From Camelus dromedarius (lineage: Eukaryota), in NCBI RefSeq assembly GCF_036321535.1, contig NC_087437.1, forward strand, positions 102,860,001-102,924,000: a stretch of 64,000 nt of DNA. Reading direction: 5' to 3'. This document shows, piece by piece, positions 13,105 through 26,168 of the stretch. The notes beneath the pieces were generated by a model that saw only the letters and a program-made list of their open reading frames with translations, was not told where the DNA came from and made no database searches. The position numbers and the translations under genes are program-made. The first letter of the stretch is position 1. Each line of letters opens with the position of its first letter.

Positions 13105-13640
13105 TGTTACCCCAAAAGGTAAAGACCCCAGTTCTTGTCATACCTGAAAGATAAGTTTACAGTCGGGAGATGGCGTGTTATATAGTGAAAGATTTTGAAA
13201 GATGTATTTTAAAAAAGGAAAAGTACCCCTCCAAGAAGGGCAGGCTTACTGATCCAAGAGAGGAAAAGCGGCGGGTTTTGTCTCCCCTTTGTCTTACACC
13301 TTTACTTAGAGGCGGTCCCTTGATTGATTGACGGCTCTCATCCCTGGAGGGCTTACTCATGTTTGGGCCTTTTGCACATGTCCTTACCCATGGTGGACAC
13401 CGGAAAACCCGTGGCGGGAGAAGCCCTAAACTGTAATGTTAATTGTAATACAATGAACCTCAGGTCATGTCCGGGGAAGTCCTTTCTGCTGCTGCGCAGC
13501 TGTGGCTGTCCGGTTCTAACCAGTTTCTTACTGGCACTCATTTAGAAGAAGTAAAGTCTTTTTATATTGGAGGCGGGCATAACGTCCTCCCTCTCCTCCA
13601 CCTATATGCCCAGTGCCCCCACTTATCTAATTACTTAACA
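13105..13640 (-). mobile_element. Solo LTR, ERV1-like
   Basis: Perfect TGTTA...TAACA termini. 4-bp TSD ATCT/ATTT. Relatively CpG-rich and splits an L2a. Orientation inferred from resemblance to antisense ERV1 LTRs. Confidence 0.8.
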
Positions 13641-16059
13641 ATTTGACTTTTGTAGTCTGTTTTATTTATTTGTTTATTACTGGTCTCTCACCCCTAGAAT
13701 GTTAGTTCTGTGAAAGAAGGGGCTTTTGGTCTTTTGTTCATGCTGTATCCCCAACTTGAGTACAATGCTTGGCACATATATAGTAGGTTCTTAATAGTAG
13801 ATGTGGCATTAATGAATTATATCCTTGCTTAAAAATTATGTGACCCTATTTACTTATCTATAGGTTTTTTGGTCTGTTTGGTAATAGTACACAACTGAGG
13901 GTGATTTTATTATGTAAGTGCATTTAATATATTCCATAATTTATGATTAGAGTCTTCTTTATTCTATAGGTTTTCAGATACACTGTATATCTCTGGGCTA
14001 TTTACTCCACTGCCATTTGGAAATTTTACAACTCTGTTACCTTACTTCCAGATCTGTCAATAACATAATATCTTTAATCAGAGGCACATAACATTTTCTT
14101 TAACAAAATAATTTTAAATTGTAAGTGCTAACCATTTATTACCAACTCTATTCTAAAGTAAATAATTGAGCTGTACTTTTTTATTTGCTTTGAACAAAAT
14201 ACAAATTTAAAATAAAATAGAAAGTCCCACATAGTATAATGAAAAAAATCCAGTTATCCTTAAAAAAGTTTTCTTTTTCAAATCAAAAGGGCAGTGCAAA
14301 TGATAACTGCTTCTTGAAACATTTTACTGAGAATAATGAATGTGATTACGAGTATTGCTCAGTTATCATTCTAAGAAAGACTTGAGGCTGTATGTTTCTT
14401 TCCTTAAGTGCACTAGTTAGCCTCATAATTATCTGACACTGAAAAAGATTACTCTCTATAGAGTATCTTAAAATAGAGAAGGTAATTCAATACTATAATT
14501 AAGTCTCAATGTTCAAGAAATGATATTTTTTTAAAAAGAACCTCCATTTTTTTTCTTTCTATAAAGTGTTGTGAATATGTACACAGGAACATCTTGAAAG
14601 TTAATATTGATTTATGTACTCTCCATGATTAGGGAATTGGTTTTAGATACCTTATTTTAATACATAAAAGAGAGCCTAACCAACTAGACTGTCTATCAAT
14701 ATTTGATAATTAACAGATGAATAAACTAAAAAATGAATTTATGTTAGACATGTTTGTGTATAGAATGGTTAAGTTCTTGCTCCAAGTTCTTGGTGGTAGG
14801 TAGGGAACTTGCCTGTGATGAGAAGGGTTGTTGACATTGTCTATAAAATGATGAGGAAGTCTTTTGACTAAGAGTTGATTAAAATATACTCTCTGCAGCA
14901 TTATTCAATATTTCCATTTAGTATACAAAAAAAATTTAAAGGGAGGAAATTTCTGAATTATCCTTTAATCTGCTTTAACAACTTAGGAGATTTCATAGAT
15001 TTTTTAGAATAACTTCTTTGGAATTGAATTTCAATTTGAATATTAAACTTAATTTTAAATATTTACTCTTACATACTACAAAATGTATGATTACGCTAGA
15101 AGAATTCACTGCACTAATAATTTAATTAATTTAAGCTTTCAATTTTGGTGGAAATAGTCATTAGCGTGTATAGTTATTTTTGTTTTACGAATAATGACAA
15201 TGCATAGTAGCTACTCGCTTTAAGACACATAAATGAGTAACATTTCTCAGACTACTAATAAAGGTATTAGTTTAAGTGAACATCAGTTAGTTAACATAAT
15301 ATTTCCATTTTAAAAAGTGGAAAAAAATATGAGTTTAGAGGAATGTTATAAATTGGGAAATCTGGGGTAAGAACTTGAGTTCCTTGATTCTCACCTAAGC
15401 CATGTATAAACATCTGACTTTTAATTACTTATTGTTGGCATGCTCCAAAGTTACTGAACTGCTACAGAACTCACGTAATATGCAGTAGAAAATATACTTT
15501 ATTTCCCTGTATAATATGTGGTTTTACTTAATATTATACAAAATATTAAAATAAAAATAACAATATCAGTTACAAATATACCACAGAACTTTTGTAGCAA
15601 TGAGTAGATCAATGACTTGACATCACCTGTGGAGCTTTCATAACTTGTTAATAACGTCTCATAACTTTGTCAAGTCCAGAGATATTAGGAAGTTCAGGGA
15701 TTAGAGGAAGATCAGGAAGATAATTGGTCACGTCCAAGAAAATCAATCACTAGGGTCGAAGTTTAAAGGAAGTGTTGTCTGAATGCAGGCATAGGGGACA
15801 AATGACAAGTAGGCTACGATTCTGCCCCCTGCCTCCTGACTTACTCTGTTGTCTCTCTTCACTCTCCCCTCCTCTGGAATAGCATACTTTTCTCTTGGGA
15901 ACTGCCCCTCTACCTTCCCTAGTTAGAGATCCAAGTGACGGATGCTTTTGGACATTGTCATCAATCCAGAAATGGGCATGTGCTGTAGACTCATCCAATC
16001 ATTGTTAAAGATACTTCAAAGTGTAGATATCAGGGAAGAGACTGCTCCTCTTTGGATCA

Positions 16060-16281
16060 TGGGCTAATAGGATGTGAACATGAAAGATTCTGTAGATTAG
16101 CCTTCAAGGAAAACAAACAAAAAAGATTATGTAATTCCTGATAGCATGCAGGGACCTGCCCAGTTGATTCTCAGGTTCACCCTCCCTTTCCTGTGAGGAA
16201 GCTATACATGAGCCAGTACTTCTTGCATAGACTGAAACTAGGTTTATTCTTTTATTCTCAGCCAGAGCTCTGACTAATACA
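16060..16281 (+). mobile_element. Old MaLR (MLT1J/K-like) 3' part
   Basis: Ends ...cagccagagctctgactaataca, the MLT1 3' terminus. Confidence 0.5.
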
Positions 16282-16867
16282 TCTTCCCACCTCTTTCAAG
16301 TGCTATTTGAGGACAGATTATATATTAGGATGGGCTGAGCACTGAACCCACAGTTTAAGGTACTGAAGAAACAGGAAACAAACATAATATAGGAAATTGA
16401 AATGTGCAGCTGGAAGGATGCTAGAAAGCATCAAGTTCAGTATTCGTTATTATGAATAATGAAACAAAAATGCCCTCAATGTCTTATTTTCAATAAGTGA
16501 TATTCTAGCTCATTCAGTTAATAAATCACCATATTAAGTCTCAGATCTGGAATCCCACAACTTTTCAGAGAAAACTGCTCCTTTCAGGACTCTCTCTTGG
16601 TCTAGGAGGATCCTGAAACCAAGTTAAAAGGAGACATGCATGACCAAGATTTGTCCTCTACCTAGGTCTCGATCCATCCAGGTCTGTTATGCTTATTTCT
16701 TCAGCAAATCTAACTTAGCTTCTAACCAGGATTCAGGATGTGATTGTTTAATCCTTTGGTTGAAGATACATCTCTTTCCTTCTAGCCTAGCAGTCAACCC
16801 CTCTTCTCAATAATCTTTCCCCCCTGGCTTTGGTCTGGGATGAACTTATGGATCTTTCTCTGAATTC

Positions 16868-17330
16868 TAAATGAATTAGGCCAGAAAGAGAAAGAAAAAT
16901 GCCATATCATATCACTCATATGTGAAATCTAAAAAAAAAAAAAGAAAGAAAGAAAGAAAAAGAGAACACTAATGAGCTCATCATTTACAAAACAGAAACA
17001 GACTCATAGACAGTAAACAATCTCATGGTTACTGGGGGAAAAGGAGTGGAAAGGGATAAATTTGGGAGTTTGAGATTTGCAAATGATAGCCACTATATAT
17101 GTAAGTCGATACAAAAACAGATTTCTTCTGTATACCACAGAAACTATATTCAGTATCTTATAATAATCTTTAATGAAAAAATATGAAAACAAATGTATGT
17201 ATATATATGTATGACTGAGACATTGTTGTACCCAGAAATGGATGCATTGTAACTGACTATACTTCAGTAAAAAAAAAAAAAATTAAATTAAGTTAAATTT
17301 TTAAAAAAATTTTTTAAATAATAATAAAAA
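16868..17330 (+). mobile_element. Cetartiodactyl/camelid L1 3' end, 5'-truncated, with poly(A) tail
   Basis: atatcactcatatgtgaaatctaaaa...aaaacagaaacagactcatagac...gggataaatttgggagtttgagatt...ctgactatacttcagt followed by an A-tail. Confidence 0.9.
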
Positions 17331-19118
17331 GAAATTGTCCCTTTAGTGTTGGCTATAGGCCCACCCCTGGAACTATGTGGATGTTGAGGGAAAAGGAGAT
17401 CCAGGCAAGTATCTTGCAGGGCTCTTGTCTATATGAGTAATTTGAGTCACCCAAACTCAGCATGTCAGGACAATTCTGGTGAACCAATCTCACACAGTTT
17501 CACAAAAGAATTTACGCACTAGCCAGTGAGAGTGAGGTGCTCATCAAGCCACCCTCCTGAAACCTGCCCTACCCCTGGGTCCCTAGATGATCCCAGAGAC
17601 ACACATTTCAGAGATCTTCAGGCATAAGACTGACCCTTTAAGATTTAAGAAAATTCAAATTAAACACTTCTAATTGGCAGAATTTCCACAGAGACATCAG
17701 TCTTAATCAGTGAATAATGAAGAATTTTGGTGCATATTAGAGACATAATTGTTGACTTCTAAGAGTTTTAAGTTTCTCTGAATATTGATATTTACTATTA
17801 GAAAGGAATTAGTTCATTAGCTTTCTTTGTATAGATTTATTAACAGTTGATTAGTTAAATGTGATCATTTTCCTGAGGTTGTACTGTTGTTTTGCATGTC
17901 TTAAGAAATATAAAGTCAATTCAGATTATGTCTGTTTTAAAAGGTAAAATATATACCAGTTCTAAAATGAAAGTGCAACTTAATTGTTCATAATTATAAA
18001 TCAATAGATAGTTCCTTCAAAAAGTATGTATGTTCCAGTTTAATCTTTTCATTTGGAAGGATGCATTTTTGGTGCAAATCACATGAGTGATCCATTAGTC
18101 AGGAAAAAAAAAGAACACATGTATACGTAAGACTGTTAATAAAATTAAAGCACTAGTGTAACTAATTATTGATTATATTAAGCATAGAAAATATTCTAAA
18201 TATTTCTTCAAGTTACGTATCCATCCTATCTATCTACACAGCTAACTTCACCTTAAAAAAAGATAAGAAAAGGAAAAAAATCGTGGAATATGTAGATAAG
18301 AAGTTTATGTTAAAAACTAAATATAGAAGAAAAACTAGAGTGAAGTTACATAAGTAGTTTTTAAGGACGAATGATAAGAAACTTTTCAAATATGCCTATT
18401 TCTACGAAGAATGACTGTATTACGTACATGTGGAAATATATAAATGAAAGCAATGGAACATGAGTGCTATAAAGAAAAATACAAGTAAAAAAGAAAATAT
18501 TAAAAAATTGAGTATTAAGTAAGATCATCATATTAGTTTTTATTCTCTGCCTCACGTTTCATGCAAGTATCAGCTTTCCCATAGTATTTTTCAGAAAGAT
18601 GTGATTTATTTATCTCTAATCTAATCTAGCACAGTGTCTGACATATAGTAGAACTCATTAAGGGCTGGCTGTTGAATATTACACTTTCCCATCAGAAACT
18701 CACAGATGAACTTTTTAAAATAAATGGGAAGTGCGAGACAAGAGGGAAGAAACTAATGAGGCAGATATGTATCAAAGGCAGTGGGAGCGGAACATCTGTT
18801 TATGAGAAACAGAGAAAACCTTAATTATCCACTGGGAACATCCATGGAGATTCCTCATTTCCTCTTGCACTTTGTCTTTGTCTTACAGAGAATGCCTTAC
18901 CTATTACTGTTAATTGTATTTAATACATTAGATAACAATGAGCAAATTCTTATCAACAAGGGTGCTTGCCAGCTTGTTCCAATTTTCTTTATCTCAGAAT
19001 AGATAAGATGTTGACTTTAAATGTTTTAATTCACTTCTCTTTAAATGCCCAAGTGCTTGATGGGAATTTCTTTTTACATTTCACTGAATCCAGTGTTAAT
19101 GATGTCTTAAAGTGCATA

Positions 19119-20131
19119 TAAGCAGTCCTCATTTTGCATGGTAGTGTGGGATCACAAAGATGACAGCCCAAGCTGAAACTATGCAAACAAGTCAGTGGGA
19201 AAATTAGGATTGTTCTGTAACATTTAAATATCTTTGTCAAAACATTAAACATCTCTTACTCTTGGTCATAAAGGCATAAAGATGTGAAAAATAGTAAAAC
19301 TAATATTTGTTTAATTTAAAACTTTAGGCGTATTGAGAATTAAAGTGATTTCTTTCTTTGGTAAAATACTTACCCAGAGTTGTTTGAGCAGCGCTTGCCT
19401 TCTCGCTGTATAATTCATGGTGAATGTCATAAGCAAGCATCTTTTGTCATATTTCTTTCAAAGTTTGGATCAGCTTCCAACATTTTATTCTCTGCTCTTT
19501 CAATATTGTGAAATACCTCCAAGAGTTTTTTTTTTTTAATATGAAATTTTTGTTGGCATCACTTCCTCTGGAATATCTTCCCTTTTTTTTTTTTTGTCAC
19601 TGTCAAGTTTCTTCATTTGTGTTGATTTTTGCCTTAACTAAAGTCTTTTGGCTTCATATCTAGAGCCTCTTAAAGGGTGGCAGGGTCAACAATCCCAAGT
19701 CATCGTTCCTTCTGTAACTCCATTTACTTTTGACTTGAATTTCACTTCCAACATTATCACTTTTCATTTCTTCCTTAAACTTTCATTTGTGTTATCCATC
19801 TTTGAAATATCCTGGGAGACAAAGAAGCAGTATAGTCATTGGCTTTGCTTTTGCTGCATAAACTGAACAGATTCACCGTGATCAATCATTAACAGACTGT
19901 GGAATAAATGACATTGCTGGCCAATCAATGGTCATGATACACAACCATTATCTACATAGTAATTTATGTACCTGCAAACTAGCACCCACATAGGTACTTT
20001 ATGCAACAGTCAGTATATCACAGTAACAATACACTCTGAATCATGCACGTTGTAGTGGGTGATGTGATTTAACTGAGCTGTGGCAATCAAAATTCAGGCA
20101 CTTTGGAACTCTGAAAAGTGGAGACTACCTG
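19119..20131. mobile_element. Tigger (Tigger13a-like) non-autonomous pogo-family element
   Basis: Degenerate TIRs: TAAGCAGTCCTCATTTTGCATGGT on the left and CAGGTAGTCTCCACTTTTCAGAGT (right end, reverse-complemented). TA flank on the left, CA on the right. Confidence 0.7.
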
Positions 20132-20771
20132 CATTTTTATTATTTGGTGTGAATATTGATGATTTTATTATTTGTGTGGACACATATGTAAAATTACCCA
20201 TTTTTTAACAGTGAAATGCCACTTGCAACCTCTCATATGGTTACTATTTTAAGTATAGTCCATCTGTATTTTAAATTACATGCAGATTTCCGTATGTGGT
20301 CTTACTTACTTTGCACTAACTTGAACACATAATAGATAGCAGTTGAGTGAACAGAAAAAAAGCCTGTTTCACTGTTTCAAGCCAGCCAAGGCCAGTGTCT
20401 GTGAGGAAGAGTCTGAAGCTTGATAGGTCCAGAAACCCTGTGATAGCAGAACACTCAGTGTTTACCAGACCTCTGGGATGGATTCATTCTAACCAAAGGA
20501 GCAAAAAAGCAATTAGTAAGTCAAATAAAAAGTTTGAATTGATAATCACAGATATGACCATGAATTGGATGAAAATTGTCACAGCGGGTTTATAATACAC
20601 TCTTTCTCAGATAGGAATCTCCACATTACTTTTTGTTGATCATGTGGTGGGCTGGGACCAAGAGCTAGAATCAGAGGGCTCTACCTTCAAAGATAAAGTA
20701 GGTACATGTTTCCATTGACCAGGGCTCTTAAGACGCTCCCGTGCCTAATTCCTAAAACACATATCCAAGAG

Positions 20772-21090
20772 CAGTGCGTCCCAATATGGTAGCCACTAGC
20801 CACGTATGGCTATCGGGCACTTGAAGTGTGGTTAGTCCAAATTGGGATGTGTTGTAAGTATAAAACACATGCTGACTTTTGAAGACTACTATGAAAAAGT
20901 ATAATGTAAAAATCTCATTAGTAATTTGGGTATTGCTCATGTGTTGAAATGATATTATTTCGACATATTGGTTTAAATAAAACATAATATTAAAAGAAAA
21001 TTCACCTCTTTCTTTCTACTTTTTTTAATGTGGCTACAGAAAACTTAAAATTGCCTCATGTAACTCCCATCATGTTATTAGGCAGCACTG
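20772..21090 (-). mobile_element. MER33 (hAT-Charlie), near full length
   Basis: cagtgcgtcccaatatggtagccactagccacgtatggctat...aatgtggctac...ggcagcactg. About 320 bp, with a degenerate 8-bp TSD TCCAAGAG/TTCTGGAG. Confidence 0.9.
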
Positions 21091-21300
21091 TTCTGGAGCC
21101 AAAATGCCTAGGCTCAAATCCCAGCTTCACTTGTTGGGTGACACTGGACCAGGCACTTAAAACCTTTGTTCCTCAGTTTCCATATCTGTCAAATGAAGAA
21201 AATAATGCTTTCTAGAAATAGTGATAAAGCTAAATTTAAATCAGTTAGTGTTAAGCCCTTAGATATTTGCCTGACATTTAGTTAAGCACTGTGTGTTTAT
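21091..21300 (+). mobile_element. MIR
   Basis: ctggagccaaaatgcctaggctcaaatcccagct...cctcagtttccatatctgtcaaatgaagaaaataat. Confidence 0.85.
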
Positions 21301-24300
21301 CATTGTTGAATGTTGATCGTATAGGAAATACATTAAACATATTCTGTCATGTGAATTCTTTTTGTATTTTTGTTTGCTTACAATCAGTATCATTTAGTCT
21401 TTCCAGACATATTGCTGTACAGTTGGGTCAGATTACATTTTCTTTGCATCAGCCAAATCAAGGCCTGTTTTCCTAAGAATACACACAGGACTGTTGACAG
21501 AGAGTTGAAACACAGCCCAGTTTCATCACCAACATGTTTATATTTCATCATGAACATATTTACATACTGTATCTTTTTAGTTTACTTCTGTAAATGGCTA
21601 ACTGTGTTCAGGATGTATGTGTGTGCGTGCGCATGTGTGTTTTAATTATTATGACCTTCTTTAGCTAGGGTGGCTTTTTCTTATAGTACGACCAAATAAT
21701 GCGAGCCCTTTTCTTAGTTAATTAAGAAATGATTAAATTATTTTGTAACTTATTATCAAAAATAATGTAAAATTTAGATTTAATATAAAAGTAAATTATA
21801 ATATATAAATATTGAATGGAATTTTAAATATAACAACTAAGGTTTAATGCAAGTATGGGGCTCTGTGTTTCCTATTACAGTGCCAAATAACTACAGATGT
21901 TCTATTAGCCATAGAGGTTTATTTATAGTTTATAAGGTTTTATTGGCTGATGGATTTAACTCTTAGATATATTTGTGAAAAATATTTTTAGTGTGTAAAT
22001 GATTTATAAATGTAGTTGGATTGACTAGACTTCTCTGGTAAAGGAAGGATAAATTGCATTCATTTCTGCCTTGTGTTAGTACTTCTCTGTTGTTCAGATA
22101 TCTTGAGAAAACAATTCATTTAGATATCTGTAATATAATCTTGCATTTCTTCATCACAAGTGATGGGCTGTATCAGTTTTCACCTTTGTGCTTTATTTAA
22201 TGAGCAGTACTCCTACAACTAGAATAATCATAATCCAAAATAGCTAGTCCTCAAAATACAGGCTTCCGATTATAGAACACTGGTGTTTCTATGTCTTTTT
22301 ATTTTTCTAATGTCTAGGTTTGTAATACAGTCATAACAATATGTTATTCATAGTTAACTACATTCATCTTTTATGGTCAATGAGAACATGAGGCTTTGGT
22401 AAACTTTTTAATCTCAGTTATGAATTTCTTTTCAGTTTGAAATATTTACATCCTGGTGTTACTGCTTTCTCTTGTAAAGATATCTTTCTGTCTTGACTCA
22501 TTCTACTTCTATGGCTATTTTTTTTAATCTATTAATATCAAGTGATAAACTTCGTTAGAGCTTCTTAGAATCTACTATATTTTATGAATTAAATTTGAAT
22601 GTATTGTGGTGGTAATAACTTCCAAGTATTGTAGTAGGTTTGCTAAGCTGACCTCTCCTGCCTGGATTCACGTTGGCTATAATTAATCAAATTATGCTCT
22701 ACCAGATGTGCATGTGCCATGATCCTAAATACGTTTCCATGAGCATAATTCTACAGCAGATGTTAACCTTTGTCACTCTTGATTCATCTTCTGTTGTTCA
22801 TTTTCTAGGACATTCTGTCATTTAAATATCCATTTAATGAACTAATAATACTCATTAAATAATAGAATAGACTATTCATTCTGGTTGAACTTACTAGTTA
22901 TTCTAACTGGGGTCCCTAAAAGAATTTACTATTAACTATATCCTTAAACTCTATTCTTAAAATCAATGAGTATATGAGAAATGGTTAGTATAAAATATAG
23001 CGTATTTCAAGTTTTATAAGGTCATTTTACAATTTTTCAATTTTCTTTTTGTTTTTAATCATGGCTACAAAAGAGAGTTTCTATAGTAACAATTATCCAA
23101 ATGGAAAGGTTATCATAATCAATCCCAGGAAGAAGATAGTTTATCACTGACCTATGCATTGGGGTCATCAAGTAATAGGAAGTGAATTAAAACTAAAGCA
23201 GATTTTAAAACATTTCTAATTCTAAAGGAAAGAAAATAATTTAAGATATTTATCATCTGCTAGACAGATGGCACCATGACATTTGCGATCAATCTTTAAT
23301 ATTATTATAGATTATTGTTATTTGGGCTTTGCAGCATGGGAACTGTTAAGAGCACAGGAAAAATTATCCCTTTTCCTTGGTAATTTAAACAGTACGTGGA
23401 ATACTTTGTTTAAAACTGCTATCTTAGTGCAGGTGCAAATGATGAAATAAAAAAATGTGGTCTTAAAAATTAAAAAATCATACAAAATATTTCTGACACT
23501 AAGTTTAATTATAGAATCAGAATTATATTATAAAGATATAATTAACAAGATACTATCTAATTAAATGTTATACTTTAAATACAGGCTAAAGAGAAATTCT
23601 TGATAAAAAATGATATATATAAATGTTCCTTTGTTTCCCTGACAGGTATGAAACCTGCAGTTTTTATTATTTTGCATGTATTTATAGGAGGCAATAAGTA
23701 CCTTATCAGTTGAATGCACATTATTAAACATTACTCAATAGATATTTTTAATAAATAAAAATGGAATACAGTTCTCTTGATTGGAATCACAACTGTGTTA
23801 TTTTTTTCTAAGGCCGTCATAAATCATTTTGTCTATGATATTGGCCTCAAATAAGCATACAGCACACAGATATTCAGATAGTAATGATTACAGTGTGATT
23901 AACATAAATTTATACTCATTATCTTTATATTTATTAGAACTATAACATTTTAAAATCTGATTTGTTCAAATGACAAAGACCAACTAAATAATAAGTGAAC
24001 TACTTGAGATTTCCTTCTTGCTATGGCAAAACACAGTGAAAAGATTGAGTTCAGTTAGTATGATATATTTCAGATAAGCAAATCTAAGTGATTCTGAATA
24101 TAGCAAAAATGACGATTTCTATGATATCAGCCTGTGGAGTTTTAAATTTATAAAACTGAAAGTACCCTTCGCATCATATAGTTATAAACTCTTTAATTTG
24201 TTAGTTTCATATGAATAAAATTTTTGCCAAATATTTTCATTTTGATGTTTTGGTTTTTGTAGTTTCTTGGCTTTTGTAGTATTGAAGTCAATTTTTGGAA

Positions 24301-24554
24301 ACCTAATATTTGTAAAGCTCTGCATTGATATTGTCATTATGTAAATGCAAATTTGAAGATATATAATGTCATAATTTCAATAATATCACTGTATTTTCAA
24401 GCAATTAGGGCTTATTAGCCTTTTCTTCATAATAGACCTATTTTGTAATGTGATGCATTTCTTGGTGTATCTTTATAAAACTCGTCTTATAATTCTTACT
24501 CACATATAATATTACATTAGAAATAGTCAAATGGATTCCAGAAAAGGCGGGGCA

Positions 24555-24750
24555 CAATCCATTTATTTACTGTGTTACCATGTGTTAGGTATTATACTAA
24601 ACACTTTAAATGTGTTATCGCATTTATTGCTCACGTTAGCTCTATTAGGGAGTTATTATTATCCCTATTTTATTACAAGTAAACTGAGACTCAGTGGATT
24701 GGACTGGGAATTAATTACACTTGATTCCAAAGCCGAGGCATTTTCTGTGA
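24555..24750 (-). mobile_element. MIR
   Basis: catttatttactgtgttaccatgtgttagg...attattatccctatttta...aaactgagactcag. Confidence 0.8.
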
Positions 24751-25237
24751 TATGCACTAAAATGTAAAGGAATGTAGTACATGACTTTCCATGAATGTTC
24801 ATTAACTATATATTTGCCTGGGATGTAAAGAGGGACACAAAGAAGCACCTTTGACATTCACATCAATGTTGAAACTTTTTAAAAATTTTTTTTAATTCAG
24901 TGTTGCTCAGAGACCTAAAGTGAACTCATGTAGAGTATTAATTTTGAGCAATTATGACAGGCTGATGAAGGGATAATTTCCTTCCTGAAGCAGTGAGCCA
25001 CAGGAAGAGCCAGGGGATGAGGTTTGGTGAAAGTACTTAAGAAACTCTAAGGCTCTCACGGGGAACCCAAGCCCAGGTGGTGGGACCACCCGTGGATTCA
25101 TTTGTTCACTCGTGTGTCAGTAGATATGTATTGATAAGCCATTGTCTTTCAGACAATGTGTTAGACATTATCCCAAGAACTGTAGTTGGGAGGAAAAAGG
25201 AAACAAAGTGAGTGATCCTGAAAGTCAAACCTGAGAT

Positions 25238-25435
25238 TGTTTGCAGATACTACTTTATATAAAATAGAGAACAAGTTTATAGCACAGGGAACTGTGACCA
25301 GTATCTTATAATAACTTATATGAAAAAGAATGTGAAAAGAAATACATGTACATATATGTATGACTGAAACATCATGCTGTGCACCAGAAATGGACACAGC
25401 ATTGTAAACTGACTCTACTTCAGTTGAAAAACAAA
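25238..25435 (+). mobile_element. 5'-truncated cetartiodactyl-type L1 3' end with 12-bp TSD
   Basis: tatagcacagggaactgtgaccagtatcttataataac...tgctgtgcaccagaaat...ctctacttcag. TSD CAAACCTGAGAT at 25226-25237 and 25436-25447. Confidence 0.9.
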
Positions 25436-25784
25436 CAAACCTGAGATCAGTAATCAGAAGCCTGGAGCTTAGAAGGTAGCTCCTGGATGATGCCTTGAAT
25501 GGTAGTAAAGTATATATTGATCATCGGTTTAGGGCTCAGCCAAGCTACATTAAAGGTATAAAGTAACGGTAATGAGATGGGCTCTAAGAAAAACATGAAG
25601 GCTGATAGCTTTAGATCATTTTCAAGTGCCAGAAGCAACATTGGCAGTGCTGCTCCTTTTCCCTTCTGGCCGTGAACTAAGATTTGTAATAGCTATCCAA
25701 ACACACCTCACTACCCTGCTGTAGCGTCGTTACTTGTACACAACTGACTACCTTAGTCAGGACATTTTTGCTTACCTTGCCACA

Positions 25785-25884
25785 TTTTTCCCTCCTTCCC
25801 TCCCTCCCACCCTCCGTCTGTCTTTCTCTCTTTCCTTCTCTCTCTCTTTCCTTCTCTCTCTCTTTCTTTCCTTTTCTTTGTTTC

Positions 25885-25950
<66 letters not shown>

Positions 25951-26009
25951 CTTTCTTCCTCTCTTTCTTCCTCTCTTTCTTCCTCTCTTTCTTCCTCTCT
26001 TTCTTCCTC

Positions 26010-26063
<54 letters not shown>

Positions 26064-26168
26064 TTCCTTCCTTCCTTCCTTCCTTCCTTCCTTCCTTCCT
26101 TTCTTTCTTCCTTCCTTCCTTCCTTTCTTTCTTCCTTTCTTCCTTTCTTTCCTTTCTTTCTTTCTTCC
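25785..26168. repeat. Compound polypyrimidine microsatellite: (TTTC)n, ~5x 12-mer CTTCCTCTCTTT, (TTTC)n, (TTCC)n
   Basis: Direct reading; 25881-26168 contains only C and T. Confidence 0.97.

Larger units (their letters stand above)
12560..13817 (+). mobile_element. L2a 3' region, interrupted by a SINE and an LTR
   Basis: The L2a 3' end (cccctagaatgttagttctgtgaa...gctgtatcccca...tgcttggcacat...taggttcttaata...aatgaat) resumes at 13641. L2 body at 12560-12845 and 12985-13104. Confidence 0.75.

Noticed and set aside
22690..22750. 10-bp inverted repeat AATTATGCTC/GAGCATAATT as a pre-miRNA or MITE
   Set aside because: The stem does not extend, and a few such repeats are expected by chance in 64 kb of AT-rich DNA.
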